From: Nostoc sp. DedSLP01
GTDB taxonomy: Bacteria; Cyanobacteriota; Cyanobacteriia; Cyanobacteriales; Nostocaceae
Assembly: GCA_034530875.2 (NCBI GenBank)
Contig: JAVRCJ020000005.1
Coordinates: forward strand, 300,662 to 364,661
DNA length: 64,000 nt
Reading direction: 5' to 3'
A program made the translations under genes and the position numbers. Below, one piece after another: positions 32,844-44,251 of the stretch. The notes beneath the pieces are model-generated. The model saw only the letters and a list, made by a program, of their open reading frames with translations. It was not told the origin of the DNA and made no database searches. Position 1 is the first letter of the stretch, and the number at the start of each line of letters is the position of its first letter.

Positions 32844-34136
32844 ATGAGTCATCCAGATAGCACTACTGTGCCTGAAACCAAAGCTAGACCTTGGTGGCAG
32901 CGCATTCCTCTAACTTTACAAATCATTATCGCCCTAGTAGCCGCCCTTAGCGTCGGAATTGCCCTTGGTGCGGGAAATCCCAGCCCCAGTAATGCCACCC
33001 TCATAAACAATTTAGCAATTCCGGCCGAGTTGGTGCTCAAGGCTCTCCGTGCTTTAGCTACGCCCCTAATTTTGGTAGCGGTGCTGCATACTTTGATGAC
33101 TACAAACATTCCTGGTACAGCCGGACGCCGACTGGCAATTCTACTTTTAACCAACACTACCGTAGCTATTTTAGTCGGACTTTTTGTCGCAAACGTCCTC
33201 CGTCCTGGAACCTGGGGTAATGTCGTCACCTCAACAACTACACAAATAACAAATCAAAGTCTCGACCCTTGGGGACTAATTAAAGATGCCGTACCGGAAG
33301 CAGTCCTCAAACCGTTGGTTGATAATAATGTCATTCAATTGATTGTGGTTGCCCTAAGTTTTGGCATTGTCCTGCGGGGATTAAAATCCGAACAAATTGC
33401 CCAAGCGAAAAACGGATACCAGCCTATTGAAGATGTCATCGGCATTTTATTTCAAGCAGTAGTCCGCATCCTCGATTGGGTAATTGCCTTAGTCCCCTTG
33501 GCAGTCTTTGGGATTGTGGCTAAAACTGTTGCTAAAGAAGGCTTTGCCCCTTTTCAATCTTTGGGTGCATTCATTATTGCAGTGCTGGTAGCATTAGTGT
33601 TACAAGCTTGCTACTACCTCACCAGAGTAAAATTCGGTTCTTGGGTACAGCCTTTAAAATTTCTAGCTGGCGGTTCTGATGCCTTTTTGACGGCTTTCTC
33701 GACTTCTTCCTCTGCGGCAACAATGCCCGTAACATTTGAAGTTTTGCAAACAAAAATCGGTTTAAGAGAATCTTCTGCTGCCTTGGGAGCATTAGTAGGA
33801 GCAAATTTTAACAATGATGGTACTGCTCTTTATGAAGCAATGTCTGCGTTGTATATTTCCCAATTAATTGGGCAACATTTGAGTTTGGGACAACAGTTAA
33901 TTGTCATCCTCACCTCAATTTTTGCATCTGTGGGTGCAGCAAATATTCCTAATGCTGGACTAGTAACAATGACGCTAGTATTTACTTCTGTAGGTTTACC
34001 TACCCAATACATAGCTTTGCTAGTGACTGTAGACTGGTTTTTAGATCGCTGTCGCACTGCTATTAACGTTATGGGAGATATGACTGTTAGTACTTTATTG
34101 GACGGCAAAAAGCCTCGTGCTGTAGACGAGGCTTAA
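32844..34136 (+). CDS. Dicarboxylate/amino acid:cation symporter (DAACS)
   Basis: AFSTSSSAATMP, NNDGTALY, DWFLDRCRTAINVMGD. Confidence 0.92.
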   Translation: MSHPDSTTVPETKARPWWQRIPLTLQIIIALVAALSVGIALGAGNPSPSNATLINNLAIPAELVLKALRALATPLILVAVLHTLMTTNIPGTAGRRLAILLLTNTTVAILVGLFVANVLRPGTWGNVVTSTTTQITNQSLDPWGLIKDAVPEAVLKPLVDNNVIQLIVVALSFGIVLRGLKSEQIAQAKNGYQPIEDVIGILFQAVVRILDWVIALVPLAVFGIVAKTVAKEGFAPFQSLGAFIIAVLVALVLQACYYLTRVKFGSWVQPLKFLAGGSDAFLTAFSTSSSAATMPVTFEVLQTKIGLRESSAALGALVGANFNNDGTALYEAMSALYISQLIGQHLSLGQQLIVILTSIFASVGAANIPNAGLVTMTLVFTSVGLPTQYIALLVTVDWFLDRCRTAINVMGDMTVSTLLDGKKPRAVDEA

Positions 34137-35005
34137 AGTCAAAAGTTAATAGTAATGATTAGTTGAGTGCAGCTGTTTTTAATGTTGCTAAGGGACTTCG
34201 AGAAAATAAATTATCTAATTTACTTAGATTGTATTTTTCTGTCTCTCCCCTGCTCCTGCCATCAAAGGATGGGATATTTTTTAAATTGCAAGTTCCTAAT
34301 GCTGTTGAGGCCCTTTAGCGTCACATTCTTTACTCCAGCAGCGTTCTAGCATTTGCAGACGCCAAATCAATGCAAAATGATGCGGATTCAATACTAATTT
34401 TGTATCGCGACTAAATAAGGGCTGGTTCAGATATTGCCAAACAGGAAATTTAATTTTGATGTCTTTTGGATTCATAAGAAGGACAAATATAAAAAAGTTT
34501 AGTGGGAATAGTTGACCTTTTGTCTAGGAACTGCGTGATACTGTGTTTTCTAGTTAAAGGCTACACTGGCTTTCTACAATTGTCTTGGTGGCAATTGCGG
34601 AAATTCCACAGGTGAATTATGTTGTCTACGCTTTAATACTGAAATTAGATTTGAGTTTTAACTTCGAGCTGGAAAAACTCTTCTGCTGAAGCTATCCACG
34701 ACGCAAAGTTTTCTTAAAATTTTCAAGGATGAGAACTCATACTTGAGGTAAGATTTACAGCTTTGTTTATCAAATTATTAAGTAATTTAATAGAATTAAT
34801 CATGACGCAAAGTTTTTGATAGTAAATATACTTAAGCTAAAGATGATGTCCGGCGAGGAGCTAAAGTTCCTTGCTAATAGCAAAAGTCATCATCAGACGG
34901 CTTGCATATCGCCAGAAATCTTTACTCTAGTGAAGTAGATTAGCCTAGTAATTTATTATTAAGCGTTTGTTGTGGCTCAATTTTTGCGTTTAGCAAAGGT
35001 ATTGC

Positions 35006-35776
35006 TTAAGGAAACTTGCGTTCTCGCACTTCTAAAGCATAATCTTGCACGGCTTTAGTAATTGTCTCTCGCAAATTGGTGTAAACCTTGGCAAATGGTG
35101 GATTCTTCGGTGTCAGACCGAGTACATCTGAGGTAACTAAAACTTGGCCGTCACAGTGAGGGCCTGCACCAATACCAATTGTGGGAATGGTAAGTTTTTG
35201 TGTAATTTGCATTGCCAAATCTGCGGGTATATGCTCTAACAACATGGCAAAAGCGCCGGCTTGTTCGAGAGCGATCGCTTCATTTAAAATTCTCTCGCTG
35301 GCTTCTTCGGTTTTACCCTGTTGTCGCAAACCGAGTTGATGTATTGATTGCGGCGTCAAACCCACATGACCCATAACTGGAATTCCGGCTTGCACCAAAC
35401 GAGCCACAGTTTCCACCATTTGCGGATAACCACCCTCTAACTTCACGCCTTGCGCTCCAGCCTCTTTCAAAACTCTACCAGCTGAATGTATCGCTTGTTC
35501 GATGCTTTGTTGATACGTCAAAAACGGTAAATCAACCAGTAAAAAAGCGCGTTTAACTCCTCGACGTACAGCTTTAGCGTGGTAAATCATCTCATCTAGA
35601 GTGATGGGCAGAGTTGTTTCATAGCCTAAAACTACTGCCAGAGAGTCACCCACCAGGATTAAGTCTACACCAGCTGCGTCGAGGAGTTGGGCGATCGCAT
35701 AATCCCAGGCGGTCAACGCCACAATTGAACGTCCCTGTTGTTTCCATTGAATTAATTGCTGGGTAGTAATTGCCAT
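35006..35776 (-). CDS. panB: 3-methyl-2-oxobutanoate hydroxymethyltransferase
   Basis: [35 protein letters not shown]. Confidence 0.96.
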   Translation of the reverse strand: MAITTQQLIQWKQQGRSIVALTAWDYAIAQLLDAAGVDLILVGDSLAVVLGYETTLPITLDEMIYHAKAVRRGVKRAFLLVDLPFLTYQQSIEQAIHSAGRVLKEAGAQGVKLEGGYPQMVETVARLVQAGIPVMGHVGLTPQSIHQLGLRQQGKTEEASERILNEAIALEQAGAFAMLLEHIPADLAMQITQKLTIPTIGIGAGPHCDGQVLVTSDVLGLTPKNPPFAKVYTNLRETITKAVQDYALEVRERKFP

Positions 35777-35805
35777 TTTTCTAGGTAGGGAGTAGGGAGT
35801 AGGGA

Positions 35806-35848
35806 GGAGCCACTGCGTTGGGCGGGTTCCCCGACTTGAAGCAAGTGG
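35806..35848. repeat. 43-nt small dispersed repeat embedded in GGGAGTA heptamer tract
   Basis: GGAGCCACTGCGTTGGGCGGGTTCCCCGACTTGAAGCAAGTGG; second copy at 5777-5819 in opposite orientation. Confidence 0.75.
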
Positions 35849-35913
35849 CGTTAGGGAATAGGGATTAGGGAGTAGGGAATTTTACCACTCCCCACTCACC
35901 AGTCCCTACTCCC

Positions 35914-37020
35914 TCATTTCACGGCGCGACTGAAAGCAAGATGGGGTTTTGCACTGTTCATCTTCGGCATTAACCAAGCTAGACCTTCACTAGTACCTAT
36001 CCACAATTTATTGCCGATATCAGGTGCAAGGGCAAGAATCCGACTAGAAGGAAGTCCAGCAACTTCAGCGTCTAAGACAGCTCCTGTATTTGGATTTAAT
36101 CGTAACAAACCATTGTTAGTACCAACCCAGACACTACCATCTTTTGCAAAACGTACTGCTGTGACATTACGCCCGCGCAGTCGCGTTACAGACCGTAATA
36201 CTGCGCCAGTTTTCGGGTTAATAACTAACAAATTATTCGGCATTCCTGCCCAAATTAACCCTTCTGGACTGATAGCTAAAGCTTGCACAGTTGTTCCCGG
36301 TAAATTTGCGATTCGCTTCATAATCTCAGCACTGGCAGTATTAACCCGCACTACTCCATCAAGAGTGCCAACCCATAATTGACCGTCAGCATCTAAAGTT
36401 AGGGTATTGGCGCTGACACCAGGCAGATTCTTTAATGTTGTCATAATTAAGCCTTGGTCGGGACTAATTAGGGCTAAACCACTGTCAGTTCCAGCCCACA
36501 AATAGCCGCGCTTGTCAACTAACAGCGACAACACCCGTTTAGAGGGCAAAAATAAATTCTGTGCAGTAATTTCGCTGGTTCGCGGATCTACTCGCATTAG
36601 TCCGCCATAACTTCCTACCCACAAACGTCCTACTTTGTCTTGGGCTAAAGCACCAATGGCAACATTCGGCAAGGTCACACGAGAAACAATCTTGCCAGTT
36701 TCCGGGTCAATCCGCGATAGTCCCCGCCAAGAACCTATCCAAAGATTACCTGTAACATCTGTCAATAAGTTACTCACACGATAATCGGTTTCTGGTGAAT
36801 TTTCTTGCACTCCCCGTTCATCGGGTAAAGGATCTACTTGCGGAGGCGGTGGTGAAGATGGGTAAGCTGGAGTTAGATCGGATGATTTAATGTCAGGGGT
36901 TTTTTGTGCCCATCCCATACTCGGTAGAGTTATTAACCCCAGCAAGATTGAAGAAATCAATAAACTAGTACGCTTGCAAAACAATACCACAATGACATTT
37001 CCTTTGGAGACACTACCCAT
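35914..37020 (-). CDS. Secreted beta-propeller protein (two-component regulator propeller repeats)
   Basis: Repeated D-x-x-G-x-LW-x-GT units; signal peptide. Confidence 0.82.
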   Translation of the reverse strand: MGSVSKGNVIVVLFCKRTSLLISSILLGLITLPSMGWAQKTPDIKSSDLTPAYPSSPPPPQVDPLPDERGVQENSPETDYRVSNLLTDVTGNLWIGSWRGLSRIDPETGKIVSRVTLPNVAIGALAQDKVGRLWVGSYGGLMRVDPRTSEITAQNLFLPSKRVLSLLVDKRGYLWAGTDSGLALISPDQGLIMTTLKNLPGVSANTLTLDADGQLWVGTLDGVVRVNTASAEIMKRIANLPGTTVQALAISPEGLIWAGMPNNLLVINPKTGAVLRSVTRLRGRNVTAVRFAKDGSVWVGTNNGLLRLNPNTGAVLDAEVAGLPSSRILALAPDIGNKLWIGTSEGLAWLMPKMNSAKPHLAFSRAVK

Positions 37021-37344
37021 AGCCGTTGTCTAAACAGGCTTTTGGTTAACTTCAGTGTTCCCCTCGCTTCGATTTTTTAAACATTTAGGAATGGGGAGTG
37101 GGGAGTCGGGAATGGGGACAATAATTAATAACAGTTCGCCATTAGATGAGTTTCTTTGCAGCAAGTCTTTCCCCTCCAGCCTCCCAATCCCTGTTCCCTA
37201 CCTCCACTCCCTACTCCCCATTCCCCAAACACCATTAATGACATTTTGTAAACTATTCTTAACAAAATGTTTAAATCTTTATGTAATAACAAATTTAAAT
37301 AAATAAGTTAAAAACTTTCAAAGAATAACTTATTGAATTCTTGA

Positions 37345-37364
37345 TATATTGTGAAACAAGCTAC
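37345..37364 (+). promoter_or_regulatory. Probable rbcL promoter -10 box with adjacent NtcA-type site
   Basis: TATATT (37345-37350) then GTG-N8-TAC (37351-37364), ~520 nt upstream of rbcL; long leader and NtcA repression are known for Anabaena rbcL. Confidence 0.55.
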
Positions 37365-37880
37365 AAATTTTCGTGGTGTGCAATTCTTTTATCTTTTGCT
37401 TACCACTCTGCTAAATCTCTGTCAAATAAATTCTTTTCTGGTATCTTTCCCAAGTAAGGAGAAGATAAAAGGAGTATGGAGGCGGGAATGTGTGCCAATC
37501 AGGCCAATCCCCTGAATATGCCAGATTATGAGAGAATTATCTAAATGCTGCCCGCAAAGTGCGGAAGTTTTGGTGAAATTGAGAAGGTTTAGTCGGGTGC
37601 GAGAAGAGAAACAGATAAAAAAGAATTTTGATGTGTAGGCAGAGGTAAAGAATAGAAGCGCGAGGTCGTGTGCCCAAGAACGGGAGAACACTGCTGAGGA
37701 GGGTTACCACCGCTACCAAAGTGTAGGCCGCAAAAAAGTGCTAAACTCTGCCGAAGGCAACCCATAACAAAAATTTTTCCCGATCTTCTCCCCGCTCAAG
37801 GGGGAAAGAGCGGGGTGTGGGAATGTTGCACAATACGTGATTTGATTAGTAAAAAGAGTGACTTCTGGGAAGGATAAAAT

Positions 37881-39311
37881 ATGTCTTACGCTCAAACGAA
37901 GACTCAGAGCAAATCTGGGTATCAAGCCGGGGTTAAGGATTACAGATTAACTTATTACACCCCCGATTACACTCCTAAAGATACAGATATTCTTGCTGCA
38001 TTCCGGATGACTCCCCAACCTGGAGTTCCACCCGAAGAAGCAGGTGCCGCTGTAGCTGCTGAGTCTTCCACTGGTACATGGACCACCGTATGGACAGACT
38101 TGCTCACCGACCTAGATCGCTACAAAGGTCGTTGCTACGACATCGAACCCGTTGCTGGTGAAGATAACCAGTACATTGCTTATGTTGCTTATCCTCTAGA
38201 TTTGTTTGAGGAAGGCTCTGTAACCAATATGTTGACCTCTATTGTAGGTAACGTGTTTGGTTTTAAAGCTTTACGGGCGCTACGTCTAGAAGACTTACGG
38301 ATTCCTGTAGCTTATCTAAAGACCTTCCAAGGCCCTCCCCACGGTATTCAAGTTGAGCGTGACAAGTTAAACAAATACGGTCGTCCTTTACTGGGTTGTA
38401 CGATTAAGCCCAAATTGGGTCTGTCTGCTAAGAACTACGGACGCGCTGTATACGAGTGCTTGCGCGGTGGTTTGGACTTCACCAAAGACGACGAAAACAT
38501 CAACTCAGCACCATTCCAAAGATGGCGCGATCGCTTTTTGTTCGTAGCTGAAGCTATCCACAAATCCCAAGCAGAAACCGGCGAAATCAAAGGTCACTAC
38601 CTGAACGTTACCGCCCCCACCTGCGAAGAAATGCTGAAACGGGCTGAGTTTGCTAAAGAACTCAAAATGCCCATCATCATGCACGACTACCTCACCGCAG
38701 GTTTCACCGCTAACACCACATTGGCTCGTTGGTGCCGTGACAATGGTCTGTTGCTGCACATCCACCGCGCTATGCACGCTGTAATCGACCGTCAAAAGAA
38801 CCACGGTATCCACTTCCGCGTTTTGGCTAAGACTCTGCGGATGTCTGGTGGCGACCACATTCACACCGGTACTGTTGTTGGTAAGCTGGAAGGTGAGCGT
38901 GGAATCACAATGGGCTTCGTTGACCTGTTACGCGAAAACTATGTCGAGCAAGACAAGTCTCGCGGTATTTACTTCACCCAAGACTGGGCTTCTATGCCTG
39001 GTGTAATGGCAGTTGCTTCCGGTGGTATCCACGTATGGCACATGCCCGCACTAGTTGAAATCTTCGGCGATGACTCCGTACTGCAATTCGGTGGTGGTAC
39101 ACTGGGTCACCCCTGGGGTAACGCGCCTGGTGCAACCGCTAACCGCGTAGCATTAGAAGCTTGTATCCAAGCTCGTAACGAAGGACGTAACTTGGCTCGT
39201 GAAGGTAATGATGTTATCCGCGAAGCTGCTAAGTGGTCTCCTGAATTGGCCGTTGCTTGCGAACTGTGGAAAGAAATTAAGTTCGAGTTTGAAGCAATGG
39301 ATACCGTCTGA
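37881..39311 (+). CDS. rbcL: Rubisco large subunit, form IB
   Basis: [20 protein letters not shown]; 476 aa. Confidence 0.99.
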   Translation: MSYAQTKTQSKSGYQAGVKDYRLTYYTPDYTPKDTDILAAFRMTPQPGVPPEEAGAAVAAESSTGTWTTVWTDLLTDLDRYKGRCYDIEPVAGEDNQYIAYVAYPLDLFEEGSVTNMLTSIVGNVFGFKALRALRLEDLRIPVAYLKTFQGPPHGIQVERDKLNKYGRPLLGCTIKPKLGLSAKNYGRAVYECLRGGLDFTKDDENINSAPFQRWRDRFLFVAEAIHKSQAETGEIKGHYLNVTAPTCEEMLKRAEFAKELKMPIIMHDYLTAGFTANTTLARWCRDNGLLLHIHRAMHAVIDRQKNHGIHFRVLAKTLRMSGGDHIHTGTVVGKLEGERGITMGFVDLLRENYVEQDKSRGIYFTQDWASMPGVMAVASGGIHVWHMPALVEIFGDDSVLQFGGGTLGHPWGNAPGATANRVALEACIQARNEGRNLAREGNDVIREAAKWSPELAVACELWKEIKFEFEAMDTV

Positions 39312-39314
39312 TCT

Positions 39315-39391
39315 GAGTTAAGAGTGAAGAGTTAAGAGTTAAGAGTTAAGAGTTGACTCAATTCATAACTCATAACTCATAACTCATAACT
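39315..39391. repeat. Inverted heptamer STRRs (GAGTTAA)n / (ATAACTC)n in rbcL-rbcX spacer
   Basis: Directly visible tandem 7-mers able to form a stem-loop. Confidence 0.85.
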
Positions 39392-39411
39392 TTTAAAGGC
39401 TGGGGTCAAGC

Positions 39412-39810
39412 ATGAATCTTAAGCAAATTGCGAAGGACACAGCCAAGACTCTCCAACGCTACCTGACATATCAGGCGCTGAAGACAGTACTGGCACAGCT
39501 AGGCGAAACTAATCCGCCGTTGGGAATTTGGCTGCAAAACTTTTCAGCAGACAAAATCCACGATGGAGAAACATATATTGAGGAACTGTTCCGAGAAAAG
39601 CCAGATTTGGCATTGCGGATTATGACTGTCAGAGAACACATCGCCGAGGAAATCACAGAATTTTTACCGGAAATGGTTCGCACCGGCATTCAGCAAGCCA
39701 ATATGGAACAGCGTCGCCAGCATCTAGAACGCATCACGCAAATCAATTTATCGGGCCCCAGTCTGTACCCAGAACAGCAAACAACTTCAGACCCAAACAA
39801 CGAACAGTGA
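39412..39810 (+). CDS. rbcX: Rubisco assembly chaperone RbcX
   Basis: MNLKQIAKDTAKTLQRYLTYQA, LALRIMTVREH. Confidence 0.97.
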   Translation: MNLKQIAKDTAKTLQRYLTYQALKTVLAQLGETNPPLGIWLQNFSADKIHDGETYIEELFREKPDLALRIMTVREHIAEEITEFLPEMVRTGIQQANMEQRRQHLERITQINLSGPSLYPEQQTTSDPNNEQ

Positions 39811-39882
39811 ACAGTTAAGAGCAATCGCTTTTTGACTGCTAACTGAGTAACTAAAGTCAACCGCAACCCATTATCATCAACC

Positions 39883-40212
39883 ATGCAAACTTTACCAAAA
39901 GAGCGTCGTTACGAAACCCTTTCTTATCTGCCTCCCCTTTCTGATGCTCAAATTGCTAAGCAGATCCAGTACATCCTTAATCAAGGTTACATTCCAGCGG
40001 TTGAATTTAACGAAACTTCTGAGCCAACCGAATTTTTCTGGACAATGTGGAAGCTGCCTTTGTTCGGTGCTAGATCTACTCAAGAAGTACTGAATGAAGT
40101 TCAATCTTGCCGTTCTCAATATAGCAACTGCTACATCCGCGTTGTAGGTTTTGACAACATCAAGCAGTGCCAAGTTCTCAGCTTTATCGTTCACAAACCC
40201 AGCAGATACTAA
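39883..40212 (+). CDS. rbcS: Rubisco small subunit
   Basis: [30 protein letters not shown]. Confidence 0.99.
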   Translation: MQTLPKERRYETLSYLPPLSDAQIAKQIQYILNQGYIPAVEFNETSEPTEFFWTMWKLPLFGARSTQEVLNEVQSCRSQYSNCYIRVVGFDNIKQCQVLSFIVHKPSRY

Positions 40213-40260
40213 AAATTAAAAGGTAAAAGCTAAAGCCTATTACCTTTGAAATTGATTTAT

Positions 40261-40295
40261 TAAGAGAGGTAAAATTATTTGCCTCTCTTATTTTT
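40261..40295 (+). terminator. Intrinsic terminator of rbcLXS
   Basis: TAAGAGAGG...CCTCTCTTA stem followed by a T run. Confidence 0.75.
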
Positions 40296-40365
40296 ATGAA
40301 AACAGAATTCAGGAGTCAGCATTCAGAATCAAGGGCTATTGTTAAATTACAGAAATATTTATTCA

Positions 40366-40986
40366 ATGAATTCAGCACAGTTACGTGAAGTCAGAATTTG
40401 TTTTGTTGGTGACTCCTTCGTTAACGGGACTGGCGACCCTGCATGTCTGGGTTGGACGGGGAGAGTATGTGCTAACGCTAATAAAAAAGGTTATGACATC
40501 ACTTACTATAATTTAGGAATCAGGCGCGATACGAGTAGCGATATAGCAAAGCGTTGGTTACAAGAAGTATCGCTGCGTTTGCCAAAGGAATATGATGGCA
40601 GAGTTGTGTTTTCTTTTGGATTAAATGACACAACAATAGAAAATGGTAAAACTCGTGTAGATTTAGCAGATTCACTCAAAAATGCTGAGGAAATTTTAAG
40701 GAAAGCGCAACAGTTATATCCTGTTTTAACGATCGGGCCAGCACCTTATGCAGAACAAGAAGACTTGGAAAGAAGGAAAAGAACCAGCGATTTATCCCAA
40801 AATTTAGCTTTAATTTGCCAAGAGTTAAATGTGCCTTATTTAGATGTGTTTCCAATTCTGGAAAAATCGAATATTTGGATAAATGAAGCAAAAGCTAATG
40901 ACGGCGCTCATCCTAGAGCAGGAGGTTATACAGAATTTGCCAAAATCGTAGAAAATTGGGAGGCTTGGTTAAATTGGTTTCCTTGA
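40366..40986 (+). CDS. GDSL/SGNH hydrolase
   Basis: FVGDSF, GLND, DGAHP; start could be 40339 or 40366. Confidence 0.88.
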   Translation: MNSAQLREVRICFVGDSFVNGTGDPACLGWTGRVCANANKKGYDITYYNLGIRRDTSSDIAKRWLQEVSLRLPKEYDGRVVFSFGLNDTTIENGKTRVDLADSLKNAEEILRKAQQLYPVLTIGPAPYAEQEDLERRKRTSDLSQNLALICQELNVPYLDVFPILEKSNIWINEAKANDGAHPRAGGYTEFAKIVENWEAWLNWFP

Positions 40987-41037
40987 AGTTAAATTTCCTA
41001 TACTAAATGCAGCAACACTCATTTGAGGAACCTGCTC

Positions 41038-41739
41038 ATGACAGCATCGATAGAACAAAACTTCGACAAAGGTATTCGCATTCCGCCTTTAGAAAGTGGA
41101 GATAGACTCACACGCCAGGAATTTGAACGCCGATATACTGCTATGCCAAATATTAAAAAAGCAGAACTGATTGAAGGAGTCGTCTACGTGGCATCACCTT
41201 TGCGTTTTAATAGTCATGGAAAACCTCATGCCAATCTTATAGGCTGGTTGTGGAATTACAAAATTGCTACTCCTGGGGTTGAGTTAGGTGATAACGTTAC
41301 AGTTCGTCTAGATTTAAATAACGAGCCACAGCCTGATGTTGTATTACTAATAGATGAAAATTTAGGTGGACAAGCGCATATCGGTAAAGATGATTATATT
41401 GAAGGTGCGCCAGAATTAATCGCTGAAGTAGCAGCCAGCAGTGCTGCTAATGATTTATATGATAAGAAAAAAGTTTACCATCGTAACGGTGTTAAAGAAT
41501 ATATTGTTTGGCAGAGTTTAGAAAATAAACTGAATTGGTTTTGTTTACAAAATGAAGAATATGTGCAGCTAGAAGTAGATACAAATGGAGTAATAACAAG
41601 TTGCGTATTTCCCGGTTTATGGTTGGATGTAGAGGCGCTATATAAAGGTGAAATGACACAAGTTTTAGCTGTGTTGCAACAGGGATTGAGTAGTGAAGAA
41701 CATGCAGAGTTTGTGCAACAGTTAGCAAAAAAATCTTAG
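41038..41739 (+). CDS. Uma2-family (DUF820) putative endonuclease, copy 1
   Basis: AELIEGVVY, PQPD, PELIAEVAASS, GVKEYIVW, FPGLWL. Confidence 0.9.
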   Translation: MTASIEQNFDKGIRIPPLESGDRLTRQEFERRYTAMPNIKKAELIEGVVYVASPLRFNSHGKPHANLIGWLWNYKIATPGVELGDNVTVRLDLNNEPQPDVVLLIDENLGGQAHIGKDDYIEGAPELIAEVAASSAANDLYDKKKVYHRNGVKEYIVWQSLENKLNWFCLQNEEYVQLEVDTNGVITSCVFPGLWLDVEALYKGEMTQVLAVLQQGLSSEEHAEFVQQLAKKS

Positions 41740-41798
41740 TTATCAATCAAACAATTGCCTATACTAGATGTAGCAATACTCCTTTGAGGAATCTGCTA

Positions 41799-42491
41799 AT
41801 GACAGCATCGGTAGAACAAAACTTCAATAAAGGTGCAAAAATCCCCCCTTTAGAAAGTGGGGATAGGCTGACTCACCAGGAATTTGAACGCCGATATCAT
41901 GCAATGCCAGATACGAAAAAAGCAGAACTGATTGAAGGAGTCGTCTACGTGGCATCACCTTTGTGTTTTGAACGTCATGCAGAACCTCATAGTTTATTAA
42001 TAGTTGTCTTTGGCACTTATAGGATAATGACTCCAGGTGTCAGAATCGGTGATAATGCTACAGTTCGTCTAGATTTAGACAATGAACTTCAGCCTGATGT
42101 AGTATTGTTAATTGATGAAAACTTGGGTGGACAAGCACGTATTAGTCAAGATGACTATATTGAAGGTGCGCCAGAATTAATCGCTGAAGTAGCAGCTAGT
42201 AGTGCTGCTAATGATTTACATGATAAGAAAAAAGTTTACCGTCGCAACGGTATCAAAGAATATATTGTTTGGCGAATATTAGAAAACCAACTAGATTGGT
42301 TTTGCTTAGAGAATGGTGAATATAGAGCGCTAGAACCTGATATAAATAATATAATCAAAAGTCGCGTTTTTCCTGGCTTATGGTTGGACGTACAGGCGTT
42401 ACGTACAGGTGAAATGACAAAGGTTTTAGCGGTGTTGCAGCAAGAATTGAGTAGTGAAGAACATGTAGAGTTTGTGCAAAGTTTAGCATAG
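41799..42491 (+). CDS. Uma2-family putative endonuclease, copy 2 (tandem paralogue)
   Basis: Same motifs; clear nucleotide similarity to copy 1, including the upstream ~40 bp. Confidence 0.9.
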   Translation: MTASVEQNFNKGAKIPPLESGDRLTHQEFERRYHAMPDTKKAELIEGVVYVASPLCFERHAEPHSLLIVVFGTYRIMTPGVRIGDNATVRLDLDNELQPDVVLLIDENLGGQARISQDDYIEGAPELIAEVAASSAANDLHDKKKVYRRNGIKEYIVWRILENQLDWFCLENGEYRALEPDINNIIKSRVFPGLWLDVQALRTGEMTKVLAVLQQELSSEEHVEFVQSLA

Positions 42492-42729
42492 AAACAGTGA
42501 CGAATGGAATTCTTGGCTATAGAGACAAAATCTACCTCTGTAAGTTTGTAATTATATTTAGAATCAGTCTTAGGGAATAGAATTCGCAGCGACACAGAGA
42601 AAACCTATCTCTGTGTTTCAAATTGTGTGAAAAAACCGATCGCCATGAATAATCAACGAAAAGCGATCGCTATACCCAAAAAAACTTAACATTAACTTTA
42701 GAAGGGCTAACTATTTATCAGATACGTTC

Positions 42730-43995
42730 ATGGCTTACTACATTGCTCCGCGATTTTTGGACAAACTTGCTGTCCACATCACCAAAAATTTTTTGAAGCT
42801 TCCTGGCGTTAGAGTACCTTTGATTTTAGGTATTCACGGACGTAAAGGTGAAGGCAAGTCTTTTCAATGCGAGTTAGTCTTCGAGAAAATGGGTATCGAG
42901 GTGACTCACATCTCTGGTGGCGAGTTGGAAAGTCCAGATGCAGGAGATCCAGCGCGGTTGATTCGGCTGCGCTACCGGGAAACAGCAGAACTAATCAAAG
43001 TACGCGGGAAAATGTGCGTGCTGATGATTAACGATTTGGATGCCGGTGCTGGACGCTTCGATGAAGGCACTCAATATACTGTAAACACCCAGTTGGTAAA
43101 TGCCACACTGATGAATATTGCCGATAACCCCACAGATGTGCAGTTACCGGGAAGCTATGATTCTACGCCTTTACATCGCGTACCGATTATTGTTACAGGT
43201 AATGATTTTTCCACCCTGTATGCACCGTTAATTCGGGATGGACGGATGGAAAAATTTTATTGGGAACCAGACCTAGACGATAAAGTAGGAATCGTTGGCG
43301 GAATTTTTGAAGCAGATGGACTTTCGCGGCGGGAAATTGAACAATTAGTTGATACTTTTGCCAATCAATCTATTGACTTTTTTAGCGCGTTGCGATCGCG
43401 GATTTATGACGAACAAATCCGCAACTTCATCCATGAAATCGGTTTTGAACGCGTATCCTTGCGCGTGGTTAACAGCACTGAAGGGCCGCCAAAATTTAAA
43501 AAACCAGATTTCAGCTTGTCTCACTTAATCGAGTCCGGCCATTTGATGGTTGGCGAACAAAAACGAGTGGAAAATTCCCAATTAGTCGATGAGTATAACC
43601 GACTGAATCGAGGTAGAAGTTATCAAGCCGCACCACCATCGCCTGCTGTGAAACCAACTAGTCAACCGTCAACTAATGGCGCAACCACAAATGGATTCCC
43701 GAAAAAAGAATCATCAAATCCGCATTTGAGCTTGGAAACACAAGCACAAATCCGGGAAATTTTGTCTCAAGGTTACAAAATTAGTATCGAACACGTAGAT
43801 GAACGTCGCTTCCGTACAGGTTCTTGGCAAAGTTGTGTTAACAGCCACATTGATGCCGAATCGGATGCAATTTCAAATTTAGAATCTTCTCTGGCAGAGT
43901 ATAGCAATGAATACGTGCGCTTAGTAGCGATCGATCCAAAAGCCAAGCGGCGAGTTTTAGAGACGATTATTCAGCGGCCGAATGGTAAAAATTAA
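42730..43995 (+). CDS. rca: Rubisco activase (AAA+) with C-terminal RbcS-like domain
   Basis: GRKGEGKS, INDLDAG, LYAPLIRDGRMEKF; Pro-rich linker then EHVDERRFRTGSWQSC...EYVRL. Confidence 0.93.
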   Translation: MAYYIAPRFLDKLAVHITKNFLKLPGVRVPLILGIHGRKGEGKSFQCELVFEKMGIEVTHISGGELESPDAGDPARLIRLRYRETAELIKVRGKMCVLMINDLDAGAGRFDEGTQYTVNTQLVNATLMNIADNPTDVQLPGSYDSTPLHRVPIIVTGNDFSTLYAPLIRDGRMEKFYWEPDLDDKVGIVGGIFEADGLSRREIEQLVDTFANQSIDFFSALRSRIYDEQIRNFIHEIGFERVSLRVVNSTEGPPKFKKPDFSLSHLIESGHLMVGEQKRVENSQLVDEYNRLNRGRSYQAAPPSPAVKPTSQPSTNGATTNGFPKKESSNPHLSLETQAQIREILSQGYKISIEHVDERRFRTGSWQSCVNSHIDAESDAISNLESSLAEYSNEYVRLVAIDPKAKRRVLETIIQRPNGKN

Positions 43996-44251
43996 GGAAG
44001 TTCCAAAAAACGTCCGACTTTTTTTGTGAGGGTGGACATTTTGTCCGCCCTTGTTTATAGTCCAATACGGTTCAGTTCTCAAGACGCGATAAATCGCCGT
44101 CTCTACAAGTATTTTGATATTATCTGAACTGTATTGGTTTATCAAAACAATCGGGTTTAAAATCGTACTTCGTCCAAAGTTTTTAGAATGGGGTATAAAT
44201 CCTCGTTACAAAAACGCCCTTCTGCCCTCTGCCTCCTGCCTCCTGCCTTCG

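Noticed and set aside
34660..34830. c-di-GMP-I riboswitch suggested by GACGCAAAG
   Set aside because: Lacks a properly placed GGCAAAC/GNRA P2 stem and has no downstream + strand gene.
37055..37925. Short ORFs upstream of rbcL
   Set aside because: They overlap STRR repeats and the long rbcL promoter/leader; no recognisable protein features.
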